Of a stretch of DNA of 64,000 nucleotides, positions 24,281-34,260 are shown one piece after another (positions within the stretch are counted from its first letter, which is position 1; every line of letters begins with the position of its first letter). Source of the DNA: Lama glama (taxonomy: Eukaryota); assembly GCA_028534125.1 (NCBI GenBank), contig CM052816.1:98148001-98212000 (forward strand). The letters are read 5' to 3'. Position numbers and translations under genes: made by a program. Under the pieces are notes generated by a model. The model searched no databases. It was not told where the DNA came from and was given only the letters and a program-made list of their open reading frames with translations.

Positions 24281-25447
24281 GGCTCTGGAGAGGGGAATTT
24301 AGATTTGAGTTGGGGAGACAGGTAGACACATCTACACATAAGGGCAGGTGGGGTGTCTAGGAAACAGCAGAAGACAAGGACCCAGACTGGTGGGAGAAAG
24401 CATTTCAGCTCAGGGGAGAAGAGCTTCGGGGCACAGCCCCACTGGGAATGTGCGAGGAGCCCTGAGAAGAGTGCAGGGAGAGCAGGCTCGCTGCGGGGCC
24501 CTCAGAGACCAGGCAGGTCTCTTCCTGACGGTCAGGTGACAGCAGAGCTGTCCCTTTCGGATTGAGCAAAGCCCAGGTTCTGGAACAAAGTGTGGATGAG
24601 AGAAGGGGTCCTTAAGAGAAGGAGATGCTGGGTTAGTTTGTCCAGTGGCCTCATCTCCTCACTGGACGATGCTGTCTGCTCTGTTAGGGAGAGACTGGAG
24701 TGTCACAAAATCCATAAAGCTCACGATAGATAGAGGTGATGGTTCATCCAAGAAAGACTGGAAATGATGATCATGCAATCTCCACGTATTTGTCAGGTCT
24801 GCTACTAGTTAGTAGCTTTTTAAAAATCGTGTTATCGAGCTCTACCTCTGGCTTGTGGACTTTGATTGCTTTTTGTTAATAAGAGCCTTATTTCATCCTC
24901 AAATGAATATCAAAAATGAAATAAACAGAATAGATTTATTTGCACCTCTTCAGTCTCATTCCTGTGAAATTAAATAATGTCATCTGAAGCCAATCTACTT
25001 TCAAAGAAGTTCGTCCAAATAAATAATATTTTGGATGTATTTATTTCTTTCAAAATAATTTCTTAAACAAACAACCACTCCAATCTTTATGTTTTACCTA
25101 TAGATATTTAAATTATTTAAAATAATATAGGTCATTCACTTTGACACACAATTATGATTTTTATCCATATCTAGGACATTTTTCATTTGAATTTTAATAG
25201 ACCTTATCTTTTTTTGTGGTTCACAGAGAGTAGATAAAAAAGAAAGGTTTATAAAATTTACAAACCTGAGATATCAAGCTTATTCATTCATCGATATTTA
25301 CTAAGCAACTCTTGTGTTCTAGGTACTGTTACAAACAAAAATCCCTACCTGCATGAGCTTGTATGTTTTTCTTACAAAATAGTGCATCCATTTCTTGAGC
25401 AGAAAGATATGTAATAGGTAGCTTAGATGCATCGATAGATATGAATA

Positions 25448-25451
<4 letters not shown>

Positions 25452-25481
<30 letters not shown>
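25452..25481. repeat. (TG)15 microsatellite followed by degenerate GATA/GATG repeats
   Basis: Read directly; the GATA-like tract continues to about 25540. Confidence 0.95.
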
Positions 25482-25485
<4 letters not shown>

Positions 25486-25845
25486 GACAGATGAATGGAT
25501 AGATGGATAGATAGGTAGGTAGCTAGATAGATTGATTGACAGACTACCCCCCTCAGTATTCTTTTCATTCTCCACTGTTTTCAGCACCAATATTTTGATT
25601 CTGAACCCAAGAAGGAATTCTGTACATGACAATGAGACGAACAAAGACATACAGGAGTCGACTCAATCAGAGGGGCCTGCACAGGTCTACAAAGCTGAAG
25701 GAGGCCTGGTAGCCCCTCCAGCAGACAGGCTGAAGAAGGGCCCCCAAAGAAGTGGTGTGAGCAAAAGAAAGTGGCCTCTTCCTGCAACTGAGTTCTGTGT
25801 GATGGGCTAACAGGGTGAATGAGAGCTCTTTCAATTGTAAGCATT

Positions 25846-26280
25846 TGTAGTGAGTTGAATAATGTCCCCCCACCTCCAGAATTATGTCCACCTGGAAACT
25901 CAGAACGTGACCTTACTGGAAATTAGGTCTTTGCAGATGCAAATAAGTTTAGGACCTTGAGAGGAGATCACCCTGAATTCAGGATGGGCCCTAAATCCAA
26001 CGACTGGTGTCCAGTGGTGACAGGAGAGGACACACAGAGAGGGAAAAGAGAAGAAATGGGAAGATGGAGGAAGAGACTAGAGTGATATATTTGCAAGCCG
26101 AGGGTGTGTCAAGGATTTCCAGAGCCCCCGGAAGCTGGAAGAGGCACGAAATAGGTTTCCCCAGAGACTCCACGGGGATTCTGACTTCTGGCCTCCAGAC
26201 TGTGCGCGAATAAAGATCTGCTGTTTAAAGCCACCAGTTTTGTGATGATTTATGAAGGCAGTCCTAGGAAAATAATTGAC
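25846..26280 (+). mobile_element. MLT1C-like solo LTR
   Basis: tgtagtgagttgaataatgtcccc...gggccctaaatccaacgactggtgtcc...aataaa...gcagtcctaggaaa. Confidence 0.88.
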
Positions 26281-26983
26281 CAGTACAAAAAAATAAGGCT
26301 TTCTTTTTCCTCTCTGGTTGAACATGGAGAGGAAGGATTTGAACTGACCTTGGTAGCTGAAAGAGGGAAGAAGCAGGTCTGCGCTAATAGCTTTTTACAA
26401 AAACAGTAGAACACCGACCTTGGGAGGGTTTCAGAGGCTCTCTAGTCTCACTTCCTCACCTGTTTCATGAGAATAACAGCGCCGACCTCATGGGGTCTGC
26501 CTCCGAGCCCACACTTAACTGGTGTGCTGCATTCTGCCTCTCTCTGATTCACCGTCTTCGGCAGAACTGCATGGGGGTGGGGTCCGTTTGCAGAAAGAAG
26601 GAGGACACTGCTCCCAGGAAGAGACAAGCGAAGCAGTAGAAGTTAGCTGAATGCCGGCACCATCAACTTGTAGATAAAACAAAATGACCTAAAATACGTA
26701 CTTAGACTACCTAGGCCTGTTAGTAACACAAAGATAAATGACTAATAATTATTATGTTTAAGAGAACACACACACATATGCATAATTTATGAGAATGCAT
26801 CTATTCTATTTTTTATAGATTTAAAAAGAAATGTCTGCTAAATAGACACTCTTCTTAACAATGCGTCCACGTGCAATGTCACAGACAATCAAGTTGCCAA
26901 GGTTGAGAAAAGGAGTTTGGATAAATCCAGGACTCTCGGTGACCATGGGAACAGTGTCCAGAAGGAACAGGAGGCAGTGATGG

Positions 26984-27075
26984 AGGGCGTGGTGAGGGGC
27001 CTTGCCCTCAGAGGGGAGCCTAGGGAGGGCGGGGCGATGAGTGTATAAAGGCGGCCCTGGAATTCTGATCTAAGA
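26984..27075 (+). promoter_or_regulatory. Putative core promoter: Sp/KLF boxes plus TATA box
   Basis: GGGCGTGG (26984-26991), GGGCGGGGC (27027-27035) and TATAAAG (27044-27050) in unique sequence. Confidence 0.4.
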
Positions 27076-28269
27076 AGGAGAATCCAGTAGCCTGAGTTTC
27101 CTGCCTGCCGAAGTGTAAGGCTGGCTGGTCTCATCCCCTTCGTTGGCCAGAAGGTGAACATGGCTTCCCTTGTCTGACCACAGCAGGGCACCCCGATTTT
27201 TGTTTTGTTTTCCTTTGTTTGTTTCTACTGCTTGAAAGCTGGGGGTGATCTGACCTATGAGGAATTGTACCTTTTCACCAACGTGAAAAAACATGGTATT
27301 CCCAAGGCCTCCGTGCTGACCACGGGTGAAAACTTGTTTAGCAGTCAAGGGGCCGCATCCGCTTCTGTGGGTCAGAAAGTTTGCTGCTAACACATCTGCT
27401 CTGTTTTAAAGGAAGCTGGAGCTTTGATTTGGCTGCCTCAGGGATGCTGATAAATAATAGAAAATGTCTGCCTGCTGCTACTTTTTTCTTATCGCATTAA
27501 ACAGACATCACGGAGTGCCCGGCCGCGGGGCTTCTCTCGGTTTTCTTTTTCTCCTTTCTTTGTATTTTGATCTTGTTAAATAACTTTGAGCAGCCCCGAC
27601 CCAGATGACCACAGTCAAGAGAGATGCTGGAGGTTTCACTGATGTCTCAGACTGCCTTCTTTTTAAAAGATTGATCTCCCCTGGTGGAGAAGGTCCTTGT
27701 CTTGACTCAAGTCTGCTCTCAAACGGCTGTCAATAAATACTGTCTTTGTTGTAGACCCTGAAGCCTTCACTAATGGTATGCAGGGGAGTCCCAATGGAAT
27801 CAGTAAATGGATAAGTGGTAAATGAATGAACAGCTATCATTTTAAGCAGGAGGAGAAAGAGGAACCTAACTTTGAGAGTGAGGAGAGGGACCACTTCCCA
27901 GCAGTTCTCACTGGCCAGGTGCATGACCCTCTCAAAACAAAGCACTGTCCAGGGCCACAGATCAGGGTAGAGGGTGTAGACCCCTCAGTGCCCAAACTGG
28001 GGGCTGGGGTGAGCTGTGTCCCCAGAAATGCCTGGCTAAATGCACTCCTGAACAAAACCAGCTCTGTTAGGGATCAAGAGTAGGAAGGAGTGGGACCGAG
28101 ATATGGAGTAAAAAATTTTGTCATAGGTGGTATTTTTAGAGTGTAGAAGCTAAATTTTCTTAGACACAGCTCTCCCAGTGCCAGAGAGCCTTCTGGATGC
28201 CTAAGATCCCCAAATACTTAACATCCCATGTTAGTGCCAATGTGATCTAGATTTTTATATTTAAATCTT

Positions 28270-28660
28270 GAGCTTGTTTGGATGCAAGGTCAGAGACAGG
28301 GATCTGCGTGCAGCAGGAGCCCTTAGTAAACAGACTGCAGAGGTGCAGCTAAGCTAAGACACCCGGCAGGTGCACGGAGGTCCCGGGGGGGAGGGAGAGG
28401 TCCTCGGCCATCGCTCCATGTCCTTGATGGCTGGAGCCATGGAAGGCACCAAGCGATGAGGCCGAAGCAGGGAGACAGCGGAGAGGAACTGCTTCAGCCT
28501 TTCCCTCTTCCCGGATGTGTCAGTGACTCTGTGGCTGGACCTGATCTCAAGCCAGAAATCGTGGCAGCCTTGATGCAGCCAGACTTCACCCCCAGGGCAC
28601 AGGGCTGGGCACAGCTGGGAGCAGGAGGGGTCTGTGGGCCAGAAAGATGCAGAATGGCCA
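28270..28660 (-). mobile_element. LTR33-like ERVL LTR fragment
   Basis: aagccagaaatcgtggcagccttgatgcagcc...cccagggcacagggctgggc resembles the recalled LTR33 consensus. Confidence 0.5.
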
Positions 28661-28829
28661 TCACTAACTGAATTTCCCCGACTCCTGTGCACCTGTCCCC
28701 AATATTAGACAGAATCTCTGATCATAATTTGGAGAGTGTGATTATTTGAGTTTGTAAGAGTTACGGAGAGCCGTTCCAAAGGCTGAGAGAAGGGATGGTG
28801 GGAAATCCCATTGTTTTCCTGCACACTTG

Positions 28830-28960
28830 TGTCCACTCGTTAATCTGTCCGTTCATCAATACGCGTTGGTTCATGTATGTTCCTGCGGCCCCAGGGCAGG
28901 CAGTGAGGACAGGAGGGAGACAAGCGCCGCTCCTGCCCGTGGTCCAGGGATGAAACACAT
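28830..28960 (-). mobile_element. L2 3' end, GC-shifted
   Basis: gtccactcgttaatctgtccgttcatcaatacgcgttgg corresponds to the attcattcattcaacaaatatttattgag L2 terminus. Confidence 0.5.
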
Positions 28961-30879
28961 CGATTCTACGCGATGAGAGTCTTAGTGAGGCACCTACAGG
29001 GTGGGGCCACGGAAGGCTCACGGTGAGCTGGGGTATGGGGTTCACGGGGATGTCCTTGTCACAACGAGGGTGTTGGGATGGAGATGTCACCAGGACCTTG
29101 GAGATGCTCTGAGATCAGACTCCAACTGCACATGTTGCCAGCCTTACGTCTCAGGGACTGGTGCTTTTGGAAATGAGCGAGCAGTGTTCCAGAAGAGGCT
29201 GCCGGGGCCAGAGCCATGCCCTGGAGGACATGGGAATGGTACAGAAAAGCATCCTCAGGAAATCACCTGGAAAGAAACAACGCAGCATAAGAGGAGGCTG
29301 GATGTGAGCAGCCACTGGCTAGGTTACTGTTACAAAACAATAACCTGAGATCCAGTCACTGAGAACTGATGTTAACACTAACCTAAAGGCCCTTCGTGCT
29401 CTTGTAACATAATTGAGGGGCCATTCATTTCACTAAAAAATTACTCTCTAAGAGCAAAATGAATATTTTGGTAGCATCTAATTTAGAAATATGCACCTGT
29501 ACGTGGCTTAGAGCAAAAGATCCAATGACTAAATAAAGGATAGTGAATGAGTGCTGGCTGCAGGCCAAGTGTGGACCAAAATTTGGCAGTCATAATTTTT
29601 TTCTCCATTTGTTTTTCAAAACCATAAGCCACTTATTATTTATTCAAAATATTTAACTTTCATTAATTGCCTTAATCTAAGGAATTATGTCTGAGTTGGA
29701 AAAGATTATTTAGAAATAGTTTGAAATTTATCCCCCAGAAAGGCAAGTACAGGAAATCATTTCAAAAGTGAACACCTTTGTTCTGTTTGGAGTCATTATT
29801 CAACTCACTTTTAGTTAGTGGGTTGGAATTATTTTTTTTTAAAAAAGGCAATTCATACACGAAATAAATTCCATTCTTCTTTCTCAAGGATGCTAAGAAG
29901 TGATGCTGTACCATGTTTTTTTTTTGTGGTAAAAAGGATAGTTGGTTCTAGATCCAGAATGTTTGCTCAGGTTGGAAGATTCCTGGGGCCAAATTTTATG
30001 AGGAACCTTTTGGGATCATTCTTCCTGAAGAAGTGCTGGAAGGAACCCATAACAAATGTTCATGACACGACAGTTCCAGGGGGCAATTCCAAATGCAAAA
30101 TGCAACAAAGTCAACAGGAGCAAAGGCAGGCTGCGGAAGGAGAAAGGGAGGGCAACTGCTTCCACACAGAAGCCAGATGTTAGAAGAGACCTTTATAAAC
30201 TGGATGAATGTATCTGTCAGTTACCTAGCCAATGTCCAGACATAGACAAATGGGATTTTAATAAATGGAAAACAATACTGTGGGGATAAGTGGTACAATG
30301 TTCTCTCTGATCACCACATCCTCTTGGAAGCTGTTGGTTCTCCTGCGTTTTCTGGATGAACTGATTTGGGTCACCTGCTTGGCCTGGGGTGCGCACACCT
30401 ACGTCTTGGCTTCAGACATATGGCATGAGAGATTTCTTATCTGTTTTGGGAGAACCAGCGAGGGTTCCTCTTGCTTTGGCCAGCCTGCTGAGCTGAACAA
30501 CAAGAGAAGATGCATGGAAACCCCAGGCTGCACACCTAGCTGAAAGCATGGGTGAAACAGACACAGTGTGTTCGTTTCTGTAATAATATCTAAAATGTTT
30601 AATATTCTTCAGAGCTCAGAGCTCCAGCCAAAGCTATGCACACACATCCTACAGAAAGTTATCTTCTCTGTCAAATGTCCAGAAAAGGAGTTGCACAAGA
30701 TTTTCAGAAAAAGGTATTTATGTGTAATTTATGTTTGCAAGTTTCTTTGAAAAGAAAAAATTGAAACAGAAACATTTCAATGAATATTTAACCACTTATT
30801 ACCCATATCTCTGGGCTTATTAGTTTCATACAAAATGCACTCATTTTCTCCTCCTGTAATCTCTCTTCTTTTTAAAGAA

Positions 30880-31231
30880 TGTTATGGACTGAATATGTCC
30901 CTCCAAAATTCCTAAGTTAAAGCGTCCACGTGACTGTATTTTGGGAAAAGACCTTTAGGAAGAAATTAGATTCAGTGAGTTCATAAAGGATGGGGCCCTA
31001 ATCCAATAGGGTGGGTGGCCTTGTAAGCAGAGGAAGAAGGACCTCTGTTTCCCCGCGGGCACACAGAAGACGTCACCTGAGGGCACAGTGTGGAGGCCGT
31101 CTGCAAGCCGGGCAGAGACCTCTCCCCAGACACTGACCGTGCTGGTGCCCAGAGCTGTGGGAAAATACATTTCAGTTGTTTAAGCCACCCAGTCGGTGGC
31201 GTTTGTTATAGCAGCCACGCAGACTAACACG
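30880..31231 (+). mobile_element. MLT1A-like solo LTR
   Basis: tgttatggactgaatatgtcc...ggggccctaatccaatagg...gttgtttaagccacccagtc...gcagactaacac; TSD aagaa/aagca. Confidence 0.88.
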
Positions 31232-31440
31232 AAGCATGGGTGGTGTTTGCCTGGTTGCCCTGTCCTTGCCCTGCAGGCTCCCAAGTTGCTAGGAATGTCC
31301 GGGGTGCTGATGGCCCCATGCCCTGAGGATGACTGCTGTCACCCCGCAATTTCCCTTTGCCTGCGGCACCAGGTTCTTAGGGCTGTCCCCATCCAGCCTG
31401 CCCTTCTCCAATCTGGACTTCTTAGCCTGTCTTAGAAAGT

Positions 31441-31635
31441 CAAATTACTACGTATAAGATGGAAAAGCAACACGGACACATTGTATAACACAGGATGTTT
31501 TAGCCGCTATCTCATAATAACTGTAAATGGAATATAACCTATAAAAATACTGAATCACTATGCCATGTACCTGAAACTAATATATTGTACATCAACTATA
31601 CTTCAATTAAAATAAGTGAATGAATTTTAAAAAAA
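31441..31635 (+). mobile_element. 5'-truncated L1 tail
   Basis: actgaatcactatgccatgtacctgaaactaatatattgtacatcaactatacttcaattaaaa; aaagtca flanks both sides. Confidence 0.85.
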
Positions 31636-32384
31636 GTCAGCGTCCTGAAGTTCCACTCTTTGTACTTCTTTTTCTGGCTATAGTTCTTTTCTATGCAATA
31701 CAGTTTCCATTTCTGAGTCTGCCCCCTGGAGAAGCTTGCCCACGAACACTGTGGGCACGGAGCTGACAGTGAAGTGGACGCTGAGTCAAGGTAGATTACA
31801 GGGCTGCTGTCTTCGCCATGCTTCGAACAGACAGCCGTCAGTCTGCCCCGGGGACTGGTAAAACCACGAATGGAACCAGGGTTATAACTTGATCTCTGTA
31901 ACAGATTGAATTGAAGGAGATGAAAAGAAAAACAAGGCCCCAAATATTTCTTAAAACTCCGTGAAAGAAAATGGATGCAAAACTCAGAACAAGTAATAAA
32001 CCCTCAGAGCCGTCTCATGGGAAGTTCTGCATTCGTGGACTTGCATTAAGGTGAAACAACGAGACGGAAAGATTGAGGGAAAATGAGGACATGGAGGGTT
32101 GGAAGGAGTCCGTGGGGGCCAGGTGGCGCTGCGTTTCCCAGCCTGCCCTCAGGGGGACCAGGGCATCACGGGGGGGCAACGCCAGAGCAGGTGGGCCCTG
32201 GGTTTGACTCTGTGTGACTCCCCGGAGCTCATCCTCAGGGCTCTGCTGCCAGGTCACCGCAGGTTGCCCGCATGGATTCTCCTTTCAAGAGGATTTGAAT
32301 GTTGGCTGTAGCGTATTTGATAATAAAAATAAAATAAAATTTAAAAATCTACTCATTTTGAATTATTGATGTGTAAAGAAGGGT

Positions 32385-32640
32385 ATTCAGTAGTCATCAC
32401 AGCTCGGAGCTCTGGGGCGTTTCTATGTGCCCAGCCCTGTTCTCCCTCCTCCGTACGTAGGACCTCACCTGAGCCGTGTAACACTCAGGGAGGTCAGAGC
32501 TATGGGGGTCCAGATTCTCCAGGTGAGGAGATCGAGGGACAGAGCAGCTAAGGAACGTGAGCAGGACCATGCCACGAGGGGTGGGCAGCGCTGGACTTCC
32601 GGGGCTCGTTTGCCCCAGAGCCCCTGCCCCTTAGCACAAC
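32385..32640 (-). mobile_element. MIR SINE, GC-shifted
   Basis: Collinear with antisense MIR: ctatgtgcccagccctgttct...caggtgaggagatcgagggacagagcagctaaggaacgtg...ccagagcccctgccccttagcac. Confidence 0.7.
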
Positions 32641-33399
32641 ATCAGTGCGACGACCAGGACCGTTTGTGCTGATGCTCGGAGGGGCGCGGTCCTCACTGAA
32701 CCCTAAATGGGAGGCGCCAAAGAACTCCTCTGGGGTGGCACGATCTGATTTCCCTCCGCGCCCCTTCTGTGCTGGTTTCTAGGAAAAGACTCAGCGCCGA
32801 CATGCCCATAGTGCTTCTCCTCTGTTCGCTGTCCCCTCTGGGCCATGTGGACTGTGAGGTGCCACCAGGAAGACTTTGCTTGGCTGCTTGGAAGGGTGCT
32901 TGGTCTCCTCCGGTTACCTCGACACTCCTCCCCCACTGGCCACACCAAGGAACGTGGCGTGTGTTTGGTACCCAAATTGACCTCACGCTTACTTGTCCTT
33001 CAGTCTTCCCAGTACAGCAGGGGGCTGGCTGGAGACCACACCAGCCATAGCCTGGACACGGAGATGTCTGTGTGACCACTGACCTGCTCAGGTGGTGGTC
33101 ACCAGGGACTGCCCGAGGGACAGTGCTGTCTCCTGAGAGAGAGCTTGCCTTGGAGGCAGGAGACGTGGCAGTTTAAGGTGGCAGGAGGAAGCCTCAGGCC
33201 CTCAGGGGTGAGAGGCTCCGAGCACACCCTGGGTTTGGTCCCCCTGAGAAGTCCCTGGCCGGGTTCCTCGTGGACTGGGCCAACGAGGGCGGGTGGGGCT
33301 GCCTTCTCAGGGCTCATATTAAAACCAGCAGCAGGGCTGTTGCTGGGGCCGGGCTAGTGAGGTCACCAGGACACCAGGCAGGAGCGACCTGTGTCTGTG

Positions 33400-34260
33400 C
33401 AGCCTGGGTGTGGGGCCCTCGCTCACCTCGCCCTGCACCAGGTGCTGCGGGTGGAACTGTGTCCCCACTTCCCAGAAAAGGTGTGCTGGACCACAGCCCC
33501 CAGCGCGTCAGAGGGTAGCCTGCGCTGGACGCAGGGTCTTCAGAGAGGTGATCCAGGTAGAACCAGCTCGTCAGGGCAGCCCTGATCCAGCTTGGTGGGC
33601 GTCCTGCAGAGGGGGCTTTGCACACGCGCACACACGCGCACACACGCGGAGAGGTCCACCTGAGCACGGGGCAGAGCTCCACGGCGGGGGAGGCTGCTGT
33701 GAACCCCGGCCACCCGGGCGGGGGGAGCGGCCTGGAGCAGCGCCTCCCTCGCAGGCCTCAGAGGCCGCAGCGGGGACTCGCGCCTCCTGAGCTGGGGGCG
33801 GGACACGTCCGCTGTCCAAGAGGCCAGCCTGTGGCGCTCTGTTAGGCCGCCTGGTGACTTGTCGCGGGCCGTGACAAGCTGCCGGCTTCGGTGCTCAGGG
33901 CGAGTGAGGCTCCTGCTCCGTGTGGAGGGGGGAGGGCGCCCCTTGCTGCGGCTGGGAGACGGCCTGGGGCTGGAGCGCCACTCGGCAAGGAAGGCGCTGG
34001 CTGAGGAGCAGCCGAGGCTGAGAGCTTGTCACCGGCGAGGCGGGGGCCCAGCTGGGACGGGAGGAGGCAGGGCCTCTGTGGTTGTCCAGCTTCGCGATGC
34101 AGTGCCCGTGCCCGGTCTCAGGGACGCCGAGGCCTGCAGTGGGTGCCTCCCCACAGGTGAGTGGTCATAGCGGGGTGACCTTGGGTTGTGAGGGCATCTT
34201 GCAAACAAACATACGATACCCATAGGGGGCCCCAGACCTAATGAGAGCCGGGGCGGGGTT
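33400..34260. other. Orphan CpG island-like region
   Basis: Very high GC (47/60 G+C in 33721-33780) with dense CpG; core of a GC-rich domain spanning about 32.0-37.5 kb. Confidence 0.8.
33443..33864 (+). mobile_element. MLT1B/C-like solo LTR, extremely GC-shifted
   Basis: Collinear with the MLT1 copies at 25846, 30880 and 43660: tgctgcgggtggaactgtgtcccc; cagggtcttcagagaggtgat; gccctgatccag; ctgtggcgctctgttagg. Confidence 0.8.

Noticed and set aside
25585..25810. Plus-strand acceptor followed by an open frame (TNILILNPRRNSVHDNETNKD...)
   Set aside because: No good donor, no recognisable homology and no partner exons.
33400..34260. CpG island as a conventional gene promoter or first exon
   Set aside because: Its core is a recognisable MLT1 LTR and no identifiable CDS follows. 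A donor-like CAG|GTGAGT near 34156 is not enough on its own.
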